A stretch of DNA of 33,857 nucleotides from the IMG/VR virus record IMGVR_UViG_3300032243_001106, positions 1 to 33,857 of that record; one strand, written 5' to 3'. A model generated the notes under the pieces. It was not told where the DNA came from. It searched no databases and saw only the letters and a program-made list of their open reading frames with translations. Positions 26,520 to 33,857 of this stretch are shown here, in pieces. Positions within the stretch are counted from its first letter, which is position 1. Every line of letters begins with the position of its first letter. Made by a program: the position numbers and the translations under genes. The stretch comes from a virus. Taxonomy: Duplodnaviria > Caudoviricetes.

Positions 26520-26920
26520 TATCTATTGATAAAATCTTCTGGCCTAATGTTTGAAGACATACTTTCGAATTCTTGGCCAATGTAAAAATCATTAGGACGT
26601 TCGTCAGCAACAGCAAGGATAGACTTAACTTCAACTTTTTGAAACTCTTTCTCTCCTTCACCGTCGTCAATTTTAATCTTGCGTGTCCATCGACCGTGCT
26701 CGATAAGAATCCATTGGCCTTCTTTAACGTCAATACCACAATCAGGACCGACCTTGTAGACCTCTGCCCATCGAGGTTTGACACCGTGTGATTTACCATC
26801 GTCACTAGCAATGACAATACCACCTGAGCTTTTCATTTCTCCCATGTCCATGTTAATGACTAGAACATCTTTAGATAGTGCCCGTACCTTGATTTTTTTA
26901 GCTGCGAATGCAAAACTCAT
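26519..26920 (-). CDS. groES: GroES-like co-chaperonin
   Basis: RALSKDVLV, SSGGIVI mobile loop, AEVYKVGP, VKEG, ILAV. Confidence 0.8.
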   Translation of the reverse strand: MSFAFAAKKIKVRALSKDVLVINMDMGEMKSSGGIVIASDDGKSHGVKPRWAEVYKVGPDCGIDVKEGQWILIEHGRWTRKIKIDDGEGEKEFQKVEVKSILAVADERPNDFYIGQEFESMSSNIRPEDFINR

Positions 26921-26921
26921 A

Positions 26922-27149
26922 TTAGCCCTTAGAGCGTTTGGAAATTTCTTCTGTTACTGCTCTTGGATTTGCAGCGTAATAATCTTGTAAAATCTCTTCA
27001 CGAGTTCTTACAACTTTACCGCCAAGCCCTAATTCGTCTCCGCGAGCATTTACCTTCATGTTTCCCACTGCTGGTGTTAATTCGTTCTGAAGATTTAGCT
27101 TCTCCATATCGATTTCTTTACCGCGCATAGTTGTATATGTCTTACCCAT
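26922..27149 (-). CDS. hypothetical protein
   Basis: AAGGAG RBS; AVGNMKVNARGDELG. Confidence 0.7.
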   Translation of the reverse strand: MGKTYTTMRGKEIDMEKLNLQNELTPAVGNMKVNARGDELGLGGKVVRTREEILQDYYAANPRAVTEEISKRSKG

Positions 27150-27621
27150 TTTGTTTCTCCTTAAAGAATTCTTCTATTGGTATACTGTATTTAATACTGT
27201 CTATCTTGTGAACACCAATAATGTGAAGTACATAACTAGCCACACTAGATCCACGTCCTACTCCCCATACTACATTATTAGCTCTAAGAGTATCTACCAC
27301 ATACTTCATGGCTTTTAATACAGGAATCATATCGTATTTGGCAAATAGTCGAAGTTCTTCTACTACCCGCTCTCTTATTTCTGGAGTTGGGCATCGCATA
27401 TATAACCAATCTAAAATATCCATGGTCTTATATTCATATGGAATATTCCAATTGGAAATATCGATAGCTTGCTTTGGGGTTGGATAATGCAGGTGTTCGA
27501 ATTCTAGACGTTCTAGATATTGAGTAAGCTCGTTAGGATCTGCAAGACACTTGGACAATATATCTGGTCCATGTCGTAGTACACCTTCTATTAGTTGTTC
27601 TTGAGTGTTGTTAGTCCACAT
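27142..27621 (-). CDS. truncated DNA polymerase III alpha (DnaE)-like protein
   Basis: RVVEEL...VWGVGRGSSVASYVLHIIGVHKIDSIKY..IEEFF matches the DnaE GRGS region; ends before the catalytic PDxD. Confidence 0.75.
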   Translation of the reverse strand: MWTNNTQEQLIEGVLRHGPDILSKCLADPNELTQYLERLEFEHLHYPTPKQAIDISNWNIPYEYKTMDILDWLYMRCPTPEIRERVVEELRLFAKYDMIPVLKAMKYVVDTLRANNVVWGVGRGSSVASYVLHIIGVHKIDSIKYSIPIEEFFKEKQNG

Positions 27622-27844
27622 TAATCAATTGATCCAAATCACCGTCTAATTGTGTTTTTAGTTTATTACTATTTCTTTTAGACATTTCTTGTTTATATAT
27701 TGTAACAAGATTTGCGATTTGTGTCAAGAGTTGTGGCTTACCTAAACGCTGAGCAGTGAAGTATTTTTTGCTCAATTCAAGGACTTTTTCCTCAACTTCG
27801 TTATCTTTGAGATGACTAAGATCTTCGATTAGAGGATTAAACAT
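27611..27844 (-). CDS. hypothetical protein
   Basis: Start adjusted to MFNPLIED, directly after the upstream stop. Confidence 0.7.
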   Translation of the reverse strand: MFNPLIEDLSHLKDNEVEEKVLELSKKYFTAQRLGKPQLLTQIANLVTIYKQEMSKRNSNKLKTQLDGDLDQLINVD

Positions 27845-27845
27845 T

Positions 27846-28484
27846 TTAGCTGAACTGTCCGATATATTGAAAAAATACTTGATCGCTACTATGACGCCAA
27901 ACATCAATAATCACTGGATCATCGTATGCAGTAGTACCAAGTGTTAGATTTAATCTAAGTGGATCTGTACCGGCCGCTGGAAAATTGGAACGTTTAATAA
28001 CTGTTCCAGCACTGGTTGTGAATGTTATATTTTTAGCAGAAAGATTATCATTGTTATATAATTCTAATCGAAGTTTTCCAGCCCCACGTTGTAGGCTTCC
28101 TTCTTGTGAACTTACTGCAGGATCCCCTGGTAAATTCATAATTTCAATACTATTAGTTGTTGCATCGAACGACCATACTTGATATGTTCCAACTGTATAA
28201 TCGATATTGCCGCCACCAAATCCTGGAGATCCATACGTTCCTGACGGAGCCCAAACTGAATCTTTACAATTTTTAAAAATCATTCTTTGTTGGATCTTCA
28301 TTTCAAAATCGTTGGTAACGTTGATTTTCGCAGCATAATTTTGTAAATCAGTAAGTTCCTCACTGGCATTTCTTAGACCGGTTTTAATGGTGGCAAAGTT
28401 GTCTCTGAACACCTGAGTGTCATTATCCTGTCCGGCTACAGGAAAGTTTTCGTTTATGCCAGAATATGTTACATTACTTGTCAC
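27846..28484 (-). CDS. probable virion structural protein
   Basis: FPVAGQDNDTQVFRDNF N-terminal motif, short coiled coil, beta-rich C-terminus; late motif upstream. Confidence 0.6.
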   Translation of the reverse strand: MTSNVTYSGINENFPVAGQDNDTQVFRDNFATIKTGLRNASEELTDLQNYAAKINVTNDFEMKIQQRMIFKNCKDSVWAPSGTYGSPGFGGGNIDYTVGTYQVWSFDATTNSIEIMNLPGDPAVSSQEGSLQRGAGKLRLELYNNDNLSAKNITFTTSAGTVIKRSNFPAAGTDPLRLNLTLGTTAYDDPVIIDVWRHSSDQVFFQYIGQFS

Positions 28485-28517
28485 AGTATAATCTCCACGT
28501 GTGGTATTTTCTCAGTA

Positions 28518-28525
28518 TATTTATC
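28518..28525 (-). promoter_or_regulatory. late promoter motif GATAAATA
   Basis: Intergenic, upstream of a structural-type gene. Confidence 0.55.
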
Positions 28526-28530
28526 ACTGA

Positions 28531-30183
28531 TTAGCCCCAGTATCTTATTTTTGTTCTAGGGTAAACTATTCCTGATGCAGGATTGGGTCTAGATTTAAAT
28601 GTATTTCTAGGCAGTGTGTGCCCACTTACGGGTCTTTCTAACGGATAAAATAGGTATCGATTGTTGCTGTTTCCGAGCCATTGATAGTTTCCGTAGCTTG
28701 ATCCAGTACTGGAAATCTGATTTTTCTTAGAATTTGCTATAAGATAGGCCAGTGCTTCGCTAGCAGTTAGGTTGGGATTTTGTTCAGCCAAGCAAGCCAA
28801 TGATCCGCAAACCTGTGGACTAGCCATACTTGTTCCTGAGATGCTGCCTATTTTATAACTTGAATTTCTAGGATCATTTGCCAAGGTGAGACCAAATTCA
28901 GTGGCAGCAGTTGAGTCAAAAAATGAGGAAACAATATTACTTCCTGGAGCCCATATGTCAACCCTATTGCCATAATTACTAGAACTATTTTTATATTCTG
29001 CCTGCTGAGCACTTACGTTGCCGACCACAATTACACCTGATGCTACAGCTGGACTCGACCCTCGAGAGTGAGAGATAGTGCCTCCAGCATTAATACTGTT
29101 ATTATAATCTTGGTCGGAAGAGTATCCTGAATTCCAATAACTATTCCCCGCCGCTGCCACAACAATAACTCCATCGGCTATTGCATCGGTAACGTCGGCA
29201 TCAAGAGCAGCATATTGATATGGTGTGCGAAATAGATATGTTCCAGCCGGAACCGGTACACCATTCTGCTCTAAAGATATTTTTTTATTGGCAGTGCTTA
29301 GTGCTGAGATATCAGTGGTTGTGCCTCTGTAGGTAACACTGGTAACTGATGTTAATGCGATATTGTTATAGCTATAACCCCAGCTGTGATTGGTAACTGT
29401 GGGATTCCTTCGACCAGTTGCAGGATTGATGGCTTTATTTTTATGGAAGGCTCTGAGATAATCAAAAATATAAAGTTCCCAATTGACAGGAGCATTTGAA
29501 GCAGCATAGCCAAATTCCATATTATAGATATTGGCATCACGTGCCCAACCTTGTGTATTACCTGCAACGGTACCTGCTACGTGAGTTCCGTGATTGCTAG
29601 ACATAATGCTGTAGTCATATGCACCAGTTGTAGATATCCCAACAGCAGAACTTAATGAAAACCAATTGAACTGATTGACTCTGCTACCGCCGGTGCCGTC
29701 TACATTTACAGCAAACTCTGGATGAAGAGGATTTATGTGTGCATCGACAACTACAACATCTACATTTTTCCCTGAACTGGTTGTAGTCACAGTTTGAGTG
29801 CTTTGTGTGAACGATCCGTCAGTCCCCCATCCTGAAAGTGTAGAGCCAGCCGTTACTCGATATAACCCCCAGTTTTTATCATTAGTATCGACTGTGGAAC
29901 TTTTTTCAAAGTTGCCAGTCTGACTCCAATGATGAACAACTTCAATGCCCATTTCTCTAGGAGGGCGTTCTACTGCTATTATTCGAGGATCATTTCTCAG
30001 GTGTTCTGCTTCTTCATCTGATAACATGAAGTGTGTGTTTCTACTGATCTCTCGTAGCTGTGTTATGTCAACAGTTCTATTTGGAATATAAAGATTTCCG
30101 TCGGGAGATTCCATGTCTGCGATAATTGAATCCGCATCAGCCATTGTTTTGGCAGTAACAACGTATTCTTTTAAATCGCTCAT
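28531..30183 (-). CDS. subtilisin-like S8 serine peptidase with N-terminal prodomain
   Basis: Catalytic D (VVVVD), H (NHGTHVAG), oxyanion N (AAAGN), S (SGTSMASP); VDIWAPG. Confidence 0.92.
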   Translation of the reverse strand: MSDLKEYVVTAKTMADADSIIADMESPDGNLYIPNRTVDITQLREISRNTHFMLSDEEAEHLRNDPRIIAVERPPREMGIEVVHHWSQTGNFEKSSTVDTNDKNWGLYRVTAGSTLSGWGTDGSFTQSTQTVTTTSSGKNVDVVVVDAHINPLHPEFAVNVDGTGGSRVNQFNWFSLSSAVGISTTGAYDYSIMSSNHGTHVAGTVAGNTQGWARDANIYNMEFGYAASNAPVNWELYIFDYLRAFHKNKAINPATGRRNPTVTNHSWGYSYNNIALTSVTSVTYRGTTTDISALSTANKKISLEQNGVPVPAGTYLFRTPYQYAALDADVTDAIADGVIVVAAAGNSYWNSGYSSDQDYNNSINAGGTISHSRGSSPAVASGVIVVGNVSAQQAEYKNSSSNYGNRVDIWAPGSNIVSSFFDSTAATEFGLTLANDPRNSSYKIGSISGTSMASPQVCGSLACLAEQNPNLTASEALAYLIANSKKNQISSTGSSYGNYQWLGNSNNRYLFYPLERPVSGHTLPRNTFKSRPNPASGIVYPRTKIRYWG

Positions 30184-30184
30184 A

Positions 30185-32533
30185 TTATACCTCGATTTTT
30201 AATATAGTCAAAGTTACTGTAACTGTGGCTGTGGAACCGCTTAGATTTGTAACTGCTAGTTCGATATTTGTTGTTGGTGAGCTTTCGTTATTAAACCCAA
30301 TAGTTCCAGGCCCGACTACGATTGTTTGAGCCCCTGAAGTAATAACTTCCGCTATAACACCAGAACCCGGACTTGGGTCAGAAGTTTGTGCTCGACTAGC
30401 ATCTGCAGTTCTACTAGCGCCATCGGTGTATATTCTTACCCATGCACCGGCTGATGTCTGTATCTTGTATAATACGTAGCCCTTGAATCCAACAATGGTT
30501 AAATTTCCGGTAGCGTTATTTGCCAAACTGGCTGTAGTTCCAGCAACAGTTCCGCGCGATGCTAGACCACTTGCACTGCTGATAACTCCACTGCCATCGA
30601 TAGTAATGGTAGTGCCGTCAATCTTAACTCCACCTAATTGGCTTGTGCCTGCTGTCGCTAAACTTATCGCCCCGCTAGTATTATTAAGACCACTGGTGCC
30701 TACTGCGGCAACAGTGACCCCGCCTAGTGTACTAGTACCAGCTGTAGGTAATGTATAAGTGTTTGCCCCACTGATAACTCCACTACCATTAATAGTAATA
30801 GTTGTACCATCTACTTTAACACCACCTAAAACTGAATTACTTGCTGTAGGTAGAGTGTAAGCAGTAGCAACTAATTGATTGCTGCCATTTAGTGTAATGG
30901 TGCTTCCATCAATTTTAACGCCACCTAATGTTGAAGTTGACGCTGTTGGTAAACTGTATCCGCCGGTGCTAGTAATAACACCATTGGTAATTGTGATAGT
31001 AGTTCCGTCTACTTTAACACCACCTAGTACACTTGTACTTGAAGTTGGTAGGGTATATACAGGAACATCTGCGTATGCTGGGAATCCTGCAACGACCGTT
31101 AATACCTGTCCGTTAACGCCTTTGGCTAATCTAGATAGCACATTAGTTGCTGATGCATAAATTATATCACCGCTAGTGTAGGCAGATAATCCAGTTCCAC
31201 CTTTCGTTGGGCCAATTGCGGTAGCGTTCCATGTGCCTGTTGCAATTGTTCCAACACTGGTTAAACTACTTGATACTACGTTACCTGCTAGTATCGTACC
31301 TGTTAATGTTCCAGCAGCTGCCGCTACGGTAATGTCAGCACTGCCGTTAAATGCAACACCATTGATATTTCTAGAAGTTGCTAATGTTGCAGCACTACCA
31401 GTAACACTACCTGCAATTGGATTTGTAACTGTTAGATTAGCTAATGTACCAATGCTGGTTAAACTTGAACTTGTTATCGTTGAGTTTAATGTATTTCCTG
31501 ATAGTGTACTAGCATCAACTGCTACAGTAATATCAGCACTTCCGTCAAATGCAACTCCGTTAATATTTTTAGATGCTGCTAATTTTGTTGCTGTTGATGC
31601 ATTACCAACGAACGATGTTGCTTCAACGGCAGTATTAAATGTCCATCTTCCAGTAGAGGATAACCATGTAATGGTTTTGTCAGTGGTTCCTTTTAGTGTA
31701 ATACCACCACCGTCGGCAGTGATATCAGATGGACTAGATATAGATCCAAGCTCAATATTTTTATCGTCAACGGATAACGTCGTTGAATTTATTGTTGTGG
31801 TAGTACCATTAACTGTCAAATTTCCTGATAGAAAAAGATTGCCACCAAGATTTGAATCGCCGGTTACTGATAATGCCGTTAGTGTTCCTACTCTAGTCAA
31901 ACTTGAATTTACAACATTGGCGGCTATTGTTGTTCCAGTTAATGCTCCTGCAGCCGCGGTACCGATCGCACTAATAGCAGATAATACATTACCATTCATG
32001 ATAACGGTAGTTCCGTCAACTCGAACACCACCTAATGTAGATTGTGATGCAACAGGTAATGTATATGTTGAAAAACTTCTGATAACCCCATTGGCATCGA
32101 TAGTAATAGAAGAACCGTCAACCTTAACACCGCCCAATGCGCCAGTTGGTCCGACTCCTGCAGGAGTAGAATTAAATCCTAAAGGAAATCCAGTAATTTT
32201 ATTATAATTTAAGCTGGCGATCCAAGTCGGATCGTGATACACAATATTGCGATAAAGGCCATTGGTTACAGTTCCAGCATTACCGGTTACAGAACCAGTT
32301 ATGGGATTGGTAACAGATAAATTTGTCAATGTGCCAACGCTAGTTAAACTACTTGCTACCACATTACCAGCTAGTGTTGTGCCACCTAATGCATTGGCTT
32401 GAATTATTGATCTGTCGTTGACAAGTCTATATAGTTCTGAAAAATTTGCATTTATTTTGGTTGCGCCAACAACCATGGTATCGCCGGTGCGATCGTTAGG
32501 TGTTGATCCTATATTAATAATTTGTTGTGTCAT
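30185..32533 (-). CDS. tail fibre/virion fibre protein with internal repeats
   Basis: G/T/S-rich; N-terminal INIGSTPNDRTGD...KINANFSELY virion-attachment motif; tandem peptide repeats. Confidence 0.75.
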   Translation of the reverse strand: MTQQIINIGSTPNDRTGDTMVVGATKINANFSELYRLVNDRSIIQANALGGTTLAGNVVASSLTSVGTLTNLSVTNPITGSVTGNAGTVTNGLYRNIVYHDPTWIASLNYNKITGFPLGFNSTPAGVGPTGALGGVKVDGSSITIDANGVIRSFSTYTLPVASQSTLGGVRVDGTTVIMNGNVLSAISAIGTAAAGALTGTTIAANVVNSSLTRVGTLTALSVTGDSNLGGNLFLSGNLTVNGTTTTINSTTLSVDDKNIELGSISSPSDITADGGGITLKGTTDKTITWLSSTGRWTFNTAVEATSFVGNASTATKLAASKNINGVAFDGSADITVAVDASTLSGNTLNSTITSSSLTSIGTLANLTVTNPIAGSVTGSAATLATSRNINGVAFNGSADITVAAAAGTLTGTILAGNVVSSSLTSVGTIATGTWNATAIGPTKGGTGLSAYTSGDIIYASATNVLSRLAKGVNGQVLTVVAGFPAYADVPVYTLPTSSTSVLGGVKVDGTTITITNGVITSTGGYSLPTASTSTLGGVKIDGSTITLNGSNQLVATAYTLPTASNSVLGGVKVDGTTITINGSGVISGANTYTLPTAGTSTLGGVTVAAVGTSGLNNTSGAISLATAGTSQLGGVKIDGTTITIDGSGVISSASGLASRGTVAGTTASLANNATGNLTIVGFKGYVLYKIQTSAGAWVRIYTDGASRTADASRAQTSDPSPGSGVIAEVITSGAQTIVVGPGTIGFNNESSPTTNIELAVTNLSGSTATVTVTLTILKIEV
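30590..31060 (-). repeat. tandem peptide repeats Y[TS]LPTA/S...LGGVK[VI]DG.TIT in the fibre gene
   Basis: About five degenerate copies of roughly 33-35 aa here, two more near 31990-32150; DNA copies are diverged. Confidence 0.8.
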
Positions 32534-32534
32534 T

Positions 32535-33857
32535 TTAAAATCCTCGATCCCATGTTATCGCAGCATTGTCAAAACTAGCAGTTTCACTGTCAAAAACGTA
32601 AGTTGCAATTACAGGGATTGATGAAACAGGTGCTGCTGGCGCCGTTGCATCGTTTGTTGTAGTATTTAAACTATGTGTTGGAAATGCCAGATACTGATCT
32701 TGGAATTGTTTATCTAGCACATCTATGACATATCGATCCATTTCTAAATCGATAGTTTTAAAATCAAACTTGCTATATTTTATTCTAGACATAACTATAT
32801 CGGCCTTTTCAGGCTGCACATAGCAAAGCACCAAGGCCTTAACGTAGCCAGGCTCAGTAAGAGCATTATCCTGAATACTGCGCATCCATAGCGGAAGATA
32901 GGTACGGTCTCTTTCACCGACACCAAGAATACGTTTCCTCATATTTTTAATCGATGTGGGAAACACCCGCTGTTTGTCTCTGTCGCTAACAAATGGAATG
33001 TCACTATCGACTTTGATATCATTATAGCTAACCAACAGCGGACTATTAATGTCGTTCGGTAACTCCACAGTTGAACTGATAGTTACGCCTTTTTGTTCTA
33101 GCGGATCGACGATTTCTACATATATTGTTTCATAGATTGTTTCTTGTGTAATCGGATCTTTAGCCTTGGCCGATTTTACAGCTCCGAAATTCAATCTTTT
33201 CTTTCCATGATTTCGACTCATGGCCTGTACAAAATTTATTGCATCTGTGCTTTCAATACCTGCAAACAATAAAACTTTAAGTTCAGTCTGCACTCCAAAG
33301 TTAGGATCACCAAATCGATAAACTTCTGCTGGTTTGAAAATACTCGAATCGGTAATAAAGTTAAACCAATTTAGTCTCTTGACTTTTTTCTGCAAAGGTT
33401 TAACATATAAATTAGCAAATGCTTTTACATTTTCGTTAGTAACAGCTACACGGAATTTTTTAATAGACTCTGCAAATCTAGCAGTATCTCTAGCTTTAAC
33501 TTCAAATGTAAACACTTTGTCAAAGGTAGTAACACCGCCATCAAAAGTAGTATTAAAAGCTGCTGGCGGAATATTAGGAACTACAATAGGAGTAGCACTA
33601 GGAATCAAACCGTTATATAGGTCCGCTCTTTCTACAGCAGTGAATACATCATTTTGTATTTTTATAGTATTGGTGTTTCTTAAAATCAGTCCTGCCAATG
33701 TAGTATTATCTAGTAAGGCGCGGTCTTCAGGAGACCACGGTCTATTCTCCCACCAGTATTGATCACCATCTCGTAGTCTTGTAAATTGATCGACGAGAAT
33801 TGTGCGGAACGTTTGCCCAACCATTGCTCCAGTAACTCTATCTTCAGCCAATCCGCC
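32535..33857 (-). CDS. large virion structural protein, partial (runs off the right edge), containing the C-terminal end of an animal-type heme peroxidase domain
   Basis: Frame open to the edge (GGLAED...); GAMVGQTF..ILVDQFTRLRDGDQYWWEN...LAGLILRNT...QNDVF, then a structural-type region (YLPLWMRSIQ, DRY) and TTFD repeats. Confidence 0.75.
   Translation of the reverse strand, partial: GGLAEDRVTGAMVGQTFRTILVDQFTRLRDGDQYWWENRPWSPEDRALLDNTTLAGLILRNTNTIKIQNDVFTAVERADLYNGLIPSATPIVVPNIPPAAFNTTFDGGVTTFDKVFTFEVKARDTARFAESIKKFRVAVTNENVKAFANLYVKPLQKKVKRLNWFNFITDSSIFKPAEVYRFGDPNFGVQTELKVLLFAGIESTDAINFVQAMSRNHGKKRLNFGAVKSAKAKDPITQETIYETIYVEIVDPLEQKGVTISSTVELPNDINSPLLVSYNDIKVDSDIPFVSDRDKQRVFPTSIKNMRKRILGVGERDRTYLPLWMRSIQDNALTEPGYVKALVLCYVQPEKADIVMSRIKYSKFDFKTIDLEMDRYVIDVLDKQFQDQYLAFPTHSLNTTTNDATAPAAPVSSIPVIATYVFDSETASFDNAAITWDRGF

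Noticed and set aside
30590-31060. Possible CRISPR array or DNA tandem repeat
   Set aside because: The repeats are in-frame, degenerate peptide repeats; no identical DNA repeats with unique spacers and no cas genes.
31233-32207. 324-aa plus-strand ORF (also 30483-30758 and 30879-31160)
   Set aside because: Antisense shadows of the low-complexity G/T/S-rich fibre gene; no recognisable motifs.
1-33857. Stop-codon reassignment
   Set aside because: Conserved genes are full length and densely packed under the standard code.

Overview
A 34-kb segment of a large, AT-rich lytic dsDNA tailed phage with T4-like replication and late-gene features. The host is Gram-negative (i-spanin/o-spanin pair), possibly betaproteobacterial from the look of the ErpA. 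All credible genes are on the minus strand except phoH. In transcription order (right to left) the window holds: (1) a virion module with a large structural protein carrying an animal-type heme peroxidase domain, a repeat-rich fibre and an S8 protease; (2) a truncated DnaE-like gene, GroES, a MazG-like NTP pyrophosphatase and a clamp loader; (3) phoH; (4) a lysis cassette (GH19 endolysin, spanins, DUF4337-like protein, holin); (5) a DnaJ-peptide deformylase-ClpA operon; (6) a cluster of probable capsid-internal proteins, some enzymatic, with an ErpA/IscA gene inside it; (7) a DsbA/GapR-like DNA-binding protein and a family B DNA polymerase; (8) a sliding clamp, a TGT-fold DpdA-like transglycosylase, an HNH nuclease and a QueD-like (DpdL-type) gene, pointing to 7-deazaguanine DNA modification. 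Most notable observation: the DpdA-like enzyme carries nearly the same C-terminal N-x-F-x-x-L-F-D-F peptide as the polymerase and follows the clamp gene directly, suggesting clamp-tethered, replication-coupled DNA modification. All calls come from reading motifs by eye; no database search was run. I saw no tRNA, CRISPR array or integrase.
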